NCBI GenBank assembly: GCA_963760795.1
Contig: CAVXEP010000032.1
Span: 256,001-320,000 of the forward strand
Origin: an uncultured delta proteobacterium
GTDB taxonomy: Bacteria > Desulfobacterota > Binatia > UBA9968
Direction: 5' to 3'
DNA length: 64,000 nt
Shown: in pieces, positions 36,669 through 49,058 of the stretch
Layout of the letters: each line of letters begins with the position of its first letter
How positions within the stretch are numbered: position 1 is the first letter of the stretch
Translations under genes and position numbers: made by a program
Notes under the pieces: model-generated
What the model saw: the letters and a program-made list of their open reading frames with translations, nothing else
Databases searched by the model: none
Told to the model about the DNA's origin: nothing

Positions 36669-37388
36669 ATGAAATACCTTGATCTAACTTTTCCTGATGC
36701 GGCGCAAAATCTCGCTTGCGACGAAGCCTTACTAGAATTTTTCGAACAAGCCCGCGGTAGCGAGGAGTTGCTGCGTATCTGGCAACCGGTCCAATACTTT
36801 GTCGTGCTCGGTCATGGCAATAAATGGCGCGATGAAGTCGAGAGTGTCCTCTGCGTTGCCGACGCCATTCCGGTATTGCGCCGCTGTAGCGGCGGCGGAA
36901 CAGTCATGCAGGGCCCCGGTTGTTTGAACTACTCGCTGATTCTCCGGCAGGATAGCTTTTCCAACGCCAGTGTCCAAGCAGCCTTCGATTTTGTGCTCTG
37001 CCGTCATCGCTGCTCTCTGGAAGCGCTGACCCGCCAACCAGTGTCGGTCAAAGGTCAAAGCGATCTCACCCTCGGCGAACGAAAGTTTTCCGGCAACGCG
37101 CAGTATCGCAAACGTGAGTATGTGTTGGTTCATGGCACATTCTTGCTGCATTACGACTTTTCCTTAATTGACCGTTATCTCTCTATGCCGGCTAAGCAGC
37201 CAGATTATCGCCGCCAGAGAAATCATGGCGATTTCTTGGTTAACCTGGAAATCGACCCGGCAAAGCTGCGCGCGGCTTTACGGTTAGAATGGGCTGCCGA
37301 AGAGCTCTTCAGCGCGATCCCATGTGACCGGATAAATCGCCTACTGCATGAACGCTACCTGCGCGCGGCGTGGAATGAAAAATTCTGA
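36669..37388 (+). CDS. Lipoate-protein ligase A family protein
   Basis: NLACDEALL, RRCSGGGTV, KFSGNAQ and HGTFL; divergent from the PDH operon. Confidence 0.9.
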   Translation: MKYLDLTFPDAAQNLACDEALLEFFEQARGSEELLRIWQPVQYFVVLGHGNKWRDEVESVLCVADAIPVLRRCSGGGTVMQGPGCLNYSLILRQDSFSNASVQAAFDFVLCRHRCSLEALTRQPVSVKGQSDLTLGERKFSGNAQYRKREYVLVHGTFLLHYDFSLIDRYLSMPAKQPDYRRQRNHGDFLVNLEIDPAKLRAALRLEWAAEELFSAIPCDRINRLLHERYLRAAWNEKF

Positions 37389-37416
37389 CGATTGCCTCGC
37401 GAAGCTAATAAGCCGT

Positions 37417-37472
37417 CCCCCGAGAATCCCTCAAGTTGCAATATCCTCTGGAATCGTTCGGATTCTCGGGGG
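37417..37472. terminator. 13-bp inverted repeat between the convergent lipoate ligase gene and tRNA-Met
   Basis: CCCCCGAGAATCC pairs with GGATTCTCGGGGG across a 30-nt loop. Confidence 0.5.
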
Positions 37473-37478
37473 GAGATT

Positions 37479-37555
37479 TGGTGGCGGTGGACAGAGTCGA
37501 ACTGTCGACGCCGCGGATATGAGCCGCGTGCTCTGACCATCTGAGCTACACCGCC
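37479..37555 (-). tRNA. tRNA-Met (CAT), elongator type
   Basis: GGCGGTGTAGCTCAGATGGTCAGAGCA-CGCGG-CTCATAT-CCGCG-...GTTCGA...CACCGCCACCA. The G1-C72 pair rules out initiator; CCA is encoded. Confidence 0.93.
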
Positions 37556-37597
37556 AAACCGTGCGATAAGCCATGACGATATGGGGGATAGATCAAC

Positions 37598-38326
37598 CTA
37601 CCTGAAAGTGGTTGGAGCTGCATTCCACTTCTGCTGAATGGAGGTTTTACTGACGCGCTTTTTGCCTCGGCCGATTTGATAAAGGATCTTCTCATCTGTG
37701 TCCAAGCAAGTCAACATATTGCCATAAACCAACCCAGTATCGAGGCCGATTTTGTAGGGCAAGTGGTAGAGGACAGCGTGTTGAGGGGTGTGACCGAAGA
37801 TTATCGTGTAAGGCAGAGTGTGGGAACTACGCAGAAACGGATCGCGAATCCACAACAGATCTTCATCGCTCTGTTCCTGCAAGGATTTGTCGGGATGTAC
37901 CCCGGCGTGAACGCACAGGTAGGGCTCGGTCAAATAATAATTTTCCAGAGCCTGATAAAACGCTAGGTGCGCGGGCGGCATCGCGGCCTGGAGTTGATTC
38001 GGCGACGGGTTGTCGGTGATGACGCCATAGCTTTGCACGGTGGCCCGCCCGCCATTTGGCAAAAACATATTGCCATGATGGCCGCTCAATCCTAGATAGG
38101 AGAGCAGCATGTCCTCGTGGTTGCCTTTTAGAAATACCAGTTTATTCTCACCCAGAGACGCCTTGAGCTCAATGAGGAACGAAACCACCCCGCTGGAGTC
38201 GGATCCGCGGTCGATGTAATCGCCGAGGAAGACGATTTCATCGCCAGGCCGAACCGGTAAGGCGTCAACCAAATGACGCAGCTCCGCCGAACAGCCATGG
38301 ATATCGCCAATTACGAAACTGCTCAT
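37598..38326 (-). CDS. Serine/threonine protein phosphatase (PPP-family metallophosphoesterase)
   Basis: GDIHG, GDYIDRG, GNHE, VHAG, GHTP and LDTG. Confidence 0.93.
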   Translation of the reverse strand: MSSFVIGDIHGCSAELRHLVDALPVRPGDEIVFLGDYIDRGSDSSGVVSFLIELKASLGENKLVFLKGNHEDMLLSYLGLSGHHGNMFLPNGGRATVQSYGVITDNPSPNQLQAAMPPAHLAFYQALENYYLTEPYLCVHAGVHPDKSLQEQSDEDLLWIRDPFLRSSHTLPYTIIFGHTPQHAVLYHLPYKIGLDTGLVYGNMLTCLDTDEKILYQIGRGKKRVSKTSIQQKWNAAPTTFR

Positions 38327-38391
38327 CGTCTTAAGTCTAAGCTACTCGTTCTGGCAGTGCAAATTAACCAGCGGCTCCTCGGTGAGATTGA

Positions 38392-38808
38392 ATGGGTATC
38401 CGCTTTAATCGGGAAGTGCGACTTGGCATGAAGGTACGCGAACTCTACGCCAATTATTTCATGATTGCTGGACTAGGTTGCCTGCTGCTCGGCTTGGGCA
38501 ATTGGATTATTGGTGCGGTAGAAACCGCCAAATATCAAAACCTTTTGCTCAAAACCGCCCAAACCGGACTCGAAGAGTCCTATCGCAATTTTCAACAGCT
38601 CGATCAGCAGCGCAACGAAGAGGTGTTGCGCCGCCTGACTGAGAATCGAGAAAAATACAACGCCGCGCGGGTAAAGCTAAACTTTTTCTACGTCGTTCTG
38701 ACCGGGGGGAGGCTATTGTTCCTAATCGGATCGTTGATCGCGGTGGTTACGCTGTTTCGTTTGATTCGGCGCGATGCCCAATCGAAGATTCAAAAACTTG
38801 AGTTTTAA
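38392..38808 (+). CDS. Hypothetical membrane protein (2 TM)
   Basis: Two hydrophobic helices flanking a coiled region; the start may be 38428. Confidence 0.7.
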   Translation: MGIRFNREVRLGMKVRELYANYFMIAGLGCLLLGLGNWIIGAVETAKYQNLLLKTAQTGLEESYRNFQQLDQQRNEEVLRRLTENREKYNAARVKLNFFYVVLTGGRLLFLIGSLIAVVTLFRLIRRDAQSKIQKLEF

Positions 38809-38829
38809 CGGCTTATGCCGCGCGTCGCA

Positions 38830-39852
38830 TCACTTCGCTGGTTTTGATTTCTGGTATTTTCGATAGTCGTATCCGGTCGCCATCGCCAGTAAGATATCTT
38901 CCATGCCGCCGCTTTTTTCCCGCCTTAAGATTAATAATCGGTCGTAAAACTCTTTGTAGTCTTTATGAACCCGCAGGCTTTCGTCCATTTTCTTGAGATA
39001 AAAATCCTTGATTCGAGTAACGGTAAAACGCAGGGCGGAAAACCTCAATTCGTTGGGGAAGGAGTCCCATTCGGGCAGCGACAGGGGCCGTAAGCTTTCA
39101 TAACCGGCGATCAATGCTTCGAAGCGGTCGATTTGGTAGCGATCGTCGATGAAGCATAGGGCGTTAACCGCGGTGGCTAAGTCATAAATCAGCTTGCCAC
39201 GGCAGGAAGCTTCGAAGTCCATCACACCGGTAAGACGATTCCCTTTGAATTTCACGTTGTCGGGGAAGAGGTCGCCGTGAATAATCCCTTTGGGCAAGTT
39301 ATTGTCCAAGTAGTTTTCCAGGTAGCCGAACTCATCGTCGAGAACTCTAATGATGTTCTTTAAATGGGGCGGCAGCTGACGCCGGACGTCGCGGTAGATG
39401 CCAACGATGCGATTGAAGCCGAAACGATTATCAATGCCCTTTTTATAGCTTCTGCCAAGCAGGTGCAGGTTCGCCAATGCGTGACCGATCGCGGTCAAGT
39501 GGGTGGGGGTGATGGTGGTTACCGGAAGCTCGACACCGTCGATATAGCGAGTCACGGTCAAACACTTACCCTGAAGATCAATCGTGAATCGGCCGGTCTT
39601 AGTTTTCTGTGGTTGATGGCAAGGATAATTTTGCTTGCGTAGGTGCAATAACAGATCGAGTTCCTGTTTTACCTCTAGTTCGCCTTTCACTTCATCTATT
39701 TTCGCGAAGAATCGCCCTTTTTTTGTCTCAATGAGGTAGTGCGTATTGACGGAGCCATTTTTAACGCCGGTAAATGAAACCAGGTCGCCGAGCATGAATT
39801 CATCGACAATATTCACGATCTCTTTTTTCGTCACTGTTGTGTAAATAGCCAT
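38830..39852 (-). CDS. thrB: Homoserine kinase type II (APH-fold)
   Basis: MAIYT N-terminus, GSVNTHY, LPKGIIHGDLFPDN, MDF and ALRF..TR. Confidence 0.82.
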   Translation of the reverse strand: MAIYTTVTKKEIVNIVDEFMLGDLVSFTGVKNGSVNTHYLIETKKGRFFAKIDEVKGELEVKQELDLLLHLRKQNYPCHQPQKTKTGRFTIDLQGKCLTVTRYIDGVELPVTTITPTHLTAIGHALANLHLLGRSYKKGIDNRFGFNRIVGIYRDVRRQLPPHLKNIIRVLDDEFGYLENYLDNNLPKGIIHGDLFPDNVKFKGNRLTGVMDFEASCRGKLIYDLATAVNALCFIDDRYQIDRFEALIAGYESLRPLSLPEWDSFPNELRFSALRFTVTRIKDFYLKKMDESLRVHKDYKEFYDRLLILRREKSGGMEDILLAMATGYDYRKYQKSKPAK

Positions 39853-39988
39853 TAATCGCTTTCTTGGAGTGGGCTGAGCAGTTTATCGTCAACGCGTGAT
39901 CGTCAGCCAACAGCGTGAAATAGTAACCTTCCTTACTTATATAGGAATTGCCTAGCCAGGTCAAGGTTTATATAGAAATATGTAATTA

Positions 39989-40001
39989 AATCAATTTGTT
40001 A
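39989..40001 (+). promoter_or_regulatory. IHF-binding consensus in AT-rich intergenic region
   Basis: AATCAA-TTTG-TTA matches WATCAANNNNTTR exactly, with an AT-rich tract upstream. Confidence 0.45.
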
Positions 40002-40542
40002 TGTGTATAAGCTAATTTTTTAGTTTGGCTGTAATCGGGAAATCTCCCGGGCAAGTTGGGTTGTTACTTTTTGGTTTTAACGCGCTAGACAAGGCGGCGG
40101 CTCTTTGCTGATTTTCCTACTCGCGGGTTCATAATAGCGTGTATTTGCTTGCCGCATCGATAAGAATTTGCTGAAAATCTTGAAGCAATCTGTCTATGGT
40201 GCAACGTTGACGGGCTGTACTATTCGTTGGCGAGGCTGGCGCGCATTCTTGAATCTCGGCGGTTGCCGAAGCAAGGCCGGGACGCCTTCAATATTACGTA
40301 ATCAAGGAATCAGGGCTCAAGCGGGGAACGGCGTTATCAAATGAGCGCTCGATGTATTTCACGTCATATGAAGTTCTAGTTTCTTGGTTTGGGGCCTGAA
40401 GTTACTCTTCCCACGGGCGCATCTGCAACTGTCCATCGACCCGGTAGTCAGGTTGATTTGTCAACAACATAAAAACAGAGTACCGTCAGTTACAAATTCA
40501 TTTGAGATTGAAGGTGGTCAATTGAATCCAACAGTTCGAGGT

Positions 40543-41040
40543 ATGACGAAGGCGGATTCGCACTCCGGCCAGGACCGGTTGCTGGCCGATTCGGTGGTAT
40601 TGACGCGATTGGACAAAGCGTTGGGTTGGGCGCGCAAGTATTCGTTGTTCCCGTATCCATTTGCCACGGCCTGTTGCGCCATGGAGTATATGTCGTTATC
40701 CATGTCGCCCTACGATATCGACCGGTTCGGCGCCTTATTGCCGCGCTTTAGCCCGCGTCAGGCGGATCTTCTGATGGTGATTGGAACGGTCAACCATAAG
40801 CTTTCGCCCGTGCTGAAAAGAGTTTACGAGCAAATGTCCGAGCCCAAATGGGTCATGGCATTCGGCGCTTGCGCCGCCAGCGGCGGCTTTTACGACAACT
40901 ACGCGACGGTTCAAGGCATCGACCGAATTATTCCGGTTGACGTCTATGTGCCCGGCTGCCCGCCACGTCCAGAGGCCGTCTTGGACGGGCTCATGGAGTT
41001 ACAAGGCCGGATTGCGCAACAAAAACATCCCGTCACCTGA
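40543..41040 (+). CDS. nuoB: NADH-quinone oxidoreductase subunit B (orphan copy)
   Basis: TACCAME, DRFG, SPRQADL, GACAASGG and VDVYVPGCPPRPE. Confidence 0.93.
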   Translation: MTKADSHSGQDRLLADSVVLTRLDKALGWARKYSLFPYPFATACCAMEYMSLSMSPYDIDRFGALLPRFSPRQADLLMVIGTVNHKLSPVLKRVYEQMSEPKWVMAFGACAASGGFYDNYATVQGIDRIIPVDVYVPGCPPRPEAVLDGLMELQGRIAQQKHPVT

Positions 41041-41125
41041 ACGTTTGGACAATCTTGCGCCGCTGTTCGGCGGTTGCCGCCAAGACGCCTTGCCAAACGA
41101 TTCTGGTCCACTTTCCGCACACTCA

Positions 41126-41390
41126 ATGGCTGAACCAGACAAAGACCCGTTGCTGTCAAACCGCGGTGATATGTATCACCAAGGCGTGGTCACGAAGTTG
41201 TTTCCGTCAAATAACACCGGCGTGGTGCGTACCGAGAGCGGTCGTGAGCTGACGTTTTCCTACGACTTGGTGGATCTGGTCGGCGACGGTCAAGTCAGCG
41301 CTTGATTTGCGGGTTGGCGAACAGGTTGGTTACGACCTGGGTTGGACTTCGGCGGGCTTGCGCGTGACTAAGATAAAAACCTATCGTTAA
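41126..41390 (+). CDS. Small OB-fold/cold-shock-like hypothetical protein, frameshift near 41288
   Basis: YHQGVVTKLF...GVVRTESGRELTF, then after a +1 shift VKSALDLRVGEQVGYDLGWTSAGLRVTKI*. The layout resembles a cold-shock domain but without RNP motifs. Confidence 0.6.
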
Positions 41391-41415
41391 GCGGCGAATG
41401 ATCTGCGCACGGAGA

Positions 41416-42246
41416 CTAAAATGGCAGAGCCGTGAGCGCGAGAATCTGCCGGCCCAATATCTCGCCGACAAAAACCCCCAACAGCGCGATATAAAATAAC
41501 CCGGTTGCCGCCATCGTGTGGGGAATTTGCAAAGTCCGCCAGATCATCCACGACAATATCAGCGGTGCGATTTGTCCGGCCATGAGTCGGGTGACGAGCA
41601 ACGTCGAATGGTGTTGCCAGAGACGATCGAGGGCCGTGACACTGGCTGCGTTTCCGGCCAAATATAGGAGCGGGGCTGCAACCAGATAAAATAGCCATTG
41701 CGAGGCCAAGGCGTAGATAAAGAATTTAAAAATCCGAATAAACGGCTCCAGGCTTTGGCCGGTGTCGATCAAATACCAGTGGCCGATCAGCATGCCCACG
41801 GTGACCCCGCCGAGGAGCAACGACGAGAGAAAAAACGCTATCGGATAAATCACCGTCTCCACGGACAGTAGCGGCGCGCTGGAAAAACTAGCGGTGGTGC
41901 AGAGCAAGCCGGCGAGGCCGGTGAGGACGGTGGCGGCGAAACTGCGGGCGCGAAAGACTTGCCGTTCGCCCCAGAGAGAAATCATGTAAGCGGTAAACGC
42001 CGTAATGAATGCGCTGTGAAAGAATATCTCAAAGCCCAGGCCCGGGCTTATGGGTTGGCTGAAAGCTTGCAAATAAAAAACGCTCTTGCCGAACAATCCC
42101 AGCAGGGCGATGAAGTACAAGACGCCGGCGGTGGATTTGTAAAAACCTCGCTCGATTTCGTGAAACGGTGTGCCGGCCAGGGCGAACATGCCGCCCAAGG
42201 CGATCTGGTAGAAGAAAATCAAAAAGCTGCTGGAAAAACCTTGCAT
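41416..42246 (-). CDS. Polytopic membrane protein, unknown function
   Basis: About 8 TM helices; GMLIGHWYL and TMAATGLFYIA motifs; starts 4 nt after the ubiE/menG stop. Confidence 0.75.
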   Translation of the reverse strand: MQGFSSSFLIFFYQIALGGMFALAGTPFHEIERGFYKSTAGVLYFIALLGLFGKSVFYLQAFSQPISPGLGFEIFFHSAFITAFTAYMISLWGERQVFRARSFAATVLTGLAGLLCTTASFSSAPLLSVETVIYPIAFFLSSLLLGGVTVGMLIGHWYLIDTGQSLEPFIRIFKFFIYALASQWLFYLVAAPLLYLAGNAASVTALDRLWQHHSTLLVTRLMAGQIAPLILSWMIWRTLQIPHTMAATGLFYIALLGVFVGEILGRQILALTALPF

Positions 42247-42250
42247 CTTC

Positions 42251-42985
42251 TTATGCAGAGCCTTCGCCGCGCGCTTTTTCAGCGATGTGCATGCATACCG
42301 CACCGTTTAGGAATTTACGCAGGGCGACCTGGGCAAAGCCGGCTTGGCGAATCTTATCGCAAACCACTTCCGGCGGATGAAATTGGCGCACCGAGTCGGA
42401 GAGGTAGAGGTAGGCACTGCGGTCGCCGGCGAGCAAGCCGCCGATCCACGGCATCACGCGATAAAAATAGACGCAATAGAGCGGCGAGAACCAATTCTTT
42501 TGCGGCGGAAACATATCTAAAGTCACTAATTTGCCGCCGGGCTTGAGGACTCGATAAGCCTCGGTAAAAAATCCGCCGAGATCCGATACGTTGCGCAGAA
42601 CGAAAGCGCTCATGGCGCCATCGAAGGCGGCGCTTTTGAAAGGCGACGCCATGGCGCTGCCCTGCACGAACGTAGTACGCCCACTGATTGGCTGTTGCGC
42701 GCGCTTGGCTTGCGCCAGGTGCAGCATGTTCAGGGAAAAATCGAGGCCGACGATGCGGGCATTGCCTCGAGCGCTTTTCATGGCGCTAAAGACCATATCT
42801 CCGGTGCCGGTGCCGAGATCGACGATCAGCGGCGCGTTACCCTGGACAAGGATTTCGATCGCTTGCTTGCGCCACCAATTATCGAGCTTGAAGCTGATGA
42901 CGCGATTGAGCAGATCGTAGCGGCCGGCGATCCGGTCGAACATTCCCTGAACCGCTTGGTCGCGCGGATGGCTTTGGACGGACAT
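42251..42985 (-). CDS. Ubiquinone/menaquinone biosynthesis C-methyltransferase (UbiE/MenG)
   Basis: MFDRIAGRYDLLNRVIS, VDLGTGTGD, FVLRNV, RVLKPGG and AYLYLSDS. Confidence 0.93.
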   Translation of the reverse strand: MSVQSHPRDQAVQGMFDRIAGRYDLLNRVISFKLDNWWRKQAIEILVQGNAPLIVDLGTGTGDMVFSAMKSARGNARIVGLDFSLNMLHLAQAKRAQQPISGRTTFVQGSAMASPFKSAAFDGAMSAFVLRNVSDLGGFFTEAYRVLKPGGKLVTLDMFPPQKNWFSPLYCVYFYRVMPWIGGLLAGDRSAYLYLSDSVRQFHPPEVVCDKIRQAGFAQVALRKFLNGAVCMHIAEKARGEGSA

Positions 42986-43048
42986 GAATTGAAATGCAAA
43001 TCGGCATTGGTCCGCAGCGAAGTCGCCGGCACAAGCCGTTGTGGCTTT

Positions 43049-44093
43049 CTAAAAGTCTCGATCGATGATGAGTTGAACCAGGGTTTTCAAACCGTTTCGG
43101 TACTGCGAAGGGGGGAGTTTTCGAATTGACTTTAACGCGTCCTGTGCGGCATTTTTGGCCAAGGCCTTGGCCTCGGCGATGGCCGGACCGCTTTTGATCG
43201 CTTGTATGGCTCGGTCGATTTGCGCTTCGGACGGGTTGTCGCAATCGAACGCCGCGCATACTGCTGGGTCGCTATATTTGAGCGCCAAGATGATTGGCAA
43301 CGCCGGATTGCCATCGCGCAGGTCCATGCCGATCGGCTTGCCGAGAAGATCCGGGTGGCCGACCACATCGAGAATGTCGTCGACCATCTGGAAGGCGATG
43401 CCCATGTTCAGGCCATACCGTTCGGTCTCGTCGATCATGGCTTGGCTCGCCCCCGCAAGATAGGCGCCCACTTTAGTGCCGGTGTGAAATAGCGAGGCGG
43501 TTTTGCGCTTGACGATTTCGATATAGTCGTCAAGGGTCACAGCGCGATTGCGATTGAAATGACTTTGCAGAATCTCGCCTTCGGTTAACAATGTGCAGGC
43601 ATCGGCGGTCCACTGCACCACGGTTTCATCGAACTTGCCAGCGAATTCAAAAGCTTTGATGAACAGAAAGTCGCCGGCGACCAGCGTCGATTTCAAGCCG
43701 AATTTTTTATAAGCCGAAACCTTGCCGCGGCGGGTATCCGCGCCATCGATAATATCGTCATGGAGCAACGTCGCGGTGTGAATCAACTCGATGGCCGTGG
43801 CAATATCGACGATGTCTCGAACCCGATTGCCGCCGAAGGCGGCGTAGGCGAGGAGTGTCACCATCGGCCGTACGCGCTTACCGCCGCCGATGATCAGGTG
43901 ACCGGAGATGTCGGTGAGTTGCTGTTCGCGCGAGCGGATCGCCCGCGTGAGATTTGCTTCGACGAGATTGAGTTCGTCAGCTGACATAGCTGAACGGATC
44001 GTTGAGTCCCGTCAGTAGCGGGATTTTCCGTTCACCATCGGACGGTGCGGCCGATTTCGCCGTCAGCGTCCCAGATTCGCTCTCTTGGATCAG
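43049..44093 (-). CDS. Polyprenyl diphosphate synthase
   Basis: GGKRVRP, LLHDDIID...RRG, KTA and FQMVDD. The tracked ORF starts at 43987; a probable frameshift near 43981 extends it upstream (…LNDPFSYV/ADELNLVE) to a GGAGA site near 44100. Start uncertain. Confidence 0.88.
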
Positions 44094-44270
44094 ATAATCT
44101 CCACGGGCCGGCCAGAAAAGATAGCAGGGAAAATGTCATAGATCCCTAGTCAGGTCAAGCTAATCGTGATGGTCACACCGACGCTTGCGCTGTGTCGATC
44201 GCTGCCGGCGCATGGGGCCTGGTGCGGCGCTGGGAAACTTCTCGCCTAACCCGAAAGACGTGAATATTCC

Positions 44271-44300
44271 TTGACAAAAATGACCATCCCCGAATATATA
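44271..44300 (+). promoter_or_regulatory. Putative sigma70 promoter for the PuuD-like gene
   Basis: TTGACA (44271-44276), 18-nt spacer, TATATA (44295-44300). Confidence 0.45.
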
Positions 44301-44372
44301 AACGCAACATACCGATTCGGTTTGTTTGTCAACCATACAGTTCAAACGATACGACAAAAGGAGAGATGAGCG

Positions 44373-45071
44373 ATGCATGAATTTACTTTATTTTTCTTGC
44401 GGTGGATTCATTTTCTAGCCGGCGTGACTTGGATTGGAATTCTTTATTATTTCAATTTTGTCCAGACCCCGTTTTTTGCCGAAACCGAAGCGCCCGTGCG
44501 TGTCGGGGCGATTCAAAAACTCTTGCCGCGTGCTTTGTGGTGGTTTCGCTGGGGCGCGATGGTTACGTTCCTGGCCGGTATTTTGATCTATATCATGCGC
44601 CTCGGTGAGATGGGCGGCAGTGTGTTCTTTGCATCGCCCTACGGCGTGACGATTACCGTGGGCGGACTGATGGGAACCCTGATGTTTCTCAATGTTTGGC
44701 TGGTGATTTGGCCCAACCAGCAGATCGTCATGGCTTCGACCAATCAGGTTGCTTCTGGCGGACAAGCGTTGCCGGCGGCGGCGGGAGCGGGTCGGCGCGC
44801 GGCTCTGACATCCAGAACCAATACAGTGTTTTCAATTCCCATGCTCTTCTTCATGGGCGCCGCCAGTCATTACGGTGCCATGGTCCATCAAACGGATTCC
44901 CGTGCAGTCTACTGGTTGGTGGTCATTGTGATTATCGCGGCGGTCGAAGCGAACGCTTTGGTCGGCACCCAAGGCGCAACCAAAAAGCCCTTAGACTCCG
45001 TCAGCGGCGCCCTGTGGTTCGGTTTTCTCTTGACCGGGATTATTTTCTTGTTAACGCTCGCGCTGACCTAA
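44373..45071 (+). CDS. Urate hydroxylase PuuD-like membrane protein (Urate_ox_N domain only)
   Basis: RWIHFLAGVTWIG..YYFN, FRWGAM.TF, GTLMFLNVW.VIWPNQ and SRTNT.FSIPMLFFM..SH. Confidence 0.82.
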   Translation: MHEFTLFFLRWIHFLAGVTWIGILYYFNFVQTPFFAETEAPVRVGAIQKLLPRALWWFRWGAMVTFLAGILIYIMRLGEMGGSVFFASPYGVTITVGGLMGTLMFLNVWLVIWPNQQIVMASTNQVASGGQALPAAAGAGRRAALTSRTNTVFSIPMLFFMGAASHYGAMVHQTDSRAVYWLVVIVIIAAVEANALVGTQGATKKPLDSVSGALWFGFLLTGIIFLLTLALT

Positions 45072-45080
45072 GCGTTCACT

Positions 45081-45420
45081 CTACTTCGTCAGATAAGCGG
45101 CCAAATAAGGTATCTCTTCTTTCAGAAATGGGAATTGGGGCATGACCTTAGTTGGCCGCTTCGGTTTATAGTTGGGCGGATAGCTGGTGGAGAGCACTCG
45201 GGCTTCGAGTAGTTCTTTGGATGAGCCGGCGATCGCCGGGCCGATGGAACCGTCCTTCGGATGGGTCGTTGTTATGGCAAGCGACGCAGTTTGCCAGATA
45301 AACACCCCTGCCTCGTTGCCAATCCGAATTTTTCTCTGAAGTTTGATCGCTATCTTTTGAACAGCCGGCGACGGTGGTCAGGAGTAGGGCGGCGACGATG
45401 AACTGGCCGATCCAAGGCAT
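45081..45420 (-). CDS. Monoheme cytochrome c lipoprotein, frameshift near 45262
   Basis: Lipobox VAGC and CVACH heme motif, continuing in ORF 45081-45305 with GPAIAG...VMPQF (axial Met). Confidence 0.85.
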
Positions 45421-45599
45421 GAGAGGCTCCCACTAATTACAGCGATGATTCACCGCAGCTTTGCTGCTCCCTCGCAATCGTATTGTGCGCCCAGGCGGTT
45501 TAGCCCCAGGAGAAGCGTGGCCGGACTACCGCGACGTTTCTTGGCAGGATGAAAGCGGCGAACGTTAGAGAATCGCTGACTTGTATGTTAAATATTTGT

Positions 45600-45686
45600 T
45601 GGTGCGAAAGGGGGGAATCGAACCCCCACGGCTGTTACCCCACAGGATTCTGAGTCCTGCGCGTCTACCAATTCCGCCACTTTCGC
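45600..45686 (-). tRNA. tRNA-Leu (CAG)
   Basis: GCGAAAGTGGCGGAATTGGTAGACGCG-CAGGA-CTCAGAA-TCCTG, long variable arm, GTTCGATT, CTTTCGCACCA. Confidence 0.96.
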
Positions 45687-45764
45687 GCACTAGCTCGATG
45701 ACAACCATATGTTTCTAACTTGGGGGTATGGGGTTGTCAAGATTGGTGAGCGTGATTGGCCGAG

Positions 45765-46264
45765 ATGAGTCGATTATTAGTCATAGAATCCGAACCTTAT
45801 GCTGCGTTATGCAGTGGCCGTGGCGCTGACGCCGGATCATGGGATTCAGTTTTTCGATTCGCTGCCCGAATCATCGGCGTTAGAAGATGTCGATGCGGTA
45901 ATCGTCGATGCGGCGACGTTGCGGTTGGGTGAGAATCCGCCGCTGTTAGACTTCAAAGCCATTGAACGTTGGCAAGTTCCGACGGTGTGGATCGATGACA
46001 GGGAACTGTCTGTGCCGCCGGCGCGCGCCAATTGGGTAAATCTAAAACCGCCGGTGCAACGCGATCAGTTGCACAAAGCGCTGTTCGAGTGTCTCAAGCC
46101 ACCGGCAGGAGCGCCGCCGGCAGCAAGAAAGATCGAACCCCGCGCCGCGGCGCCGGTAAAGGCGCGCGGCAAGAAAAGCGAAGAAGTCTGCTGCTGCGCC
46201 GCCAGCTGCAGACAACGTAATTGAATTGGTCGACGTGGTGGAAGACGAGGAAGAAAACAGCTGA
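45765..46264 (+). CDS. Degenerate receiver-domain protein with Pro/Ala/Lys linker and acidic tail, frameshifts near 45798 and 46175
   Basis: [21 protein letters not shown]...DAVIVD...[10 protein letters not shown] shows receiver topology; corrected tail [29 protein letters not shown]. Confidence 0.6.
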
Positions 46265-46283
46265 GCTCCAGGATTAGACAAAA

Positions 46284-49054
<2,771 letters not shown>

Positions 49055-49058
49055 TTTT

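Noticed and set aside
40236-40253. Sigma54 -24/-12 promoter-like motifs (here and at about 63804-63821)
   Set aside because: There are 11 nt after the GG rather than the required 10, and this copy has GA instead of GC.
45566-45593. dif site suggested by GTATGTTAAAT next to tRNA-Leu (also a similar arm near 63495)
   Set aside because: Only a XerD-like half is present, with no XerC arm at the 6-bp spacing.
37479-45686. Integrated element between or beside the two tRNAs
   Set aside because: No integrase, no duplicated tRNA 3' end, and the enclosed genes are housekeeping-like.
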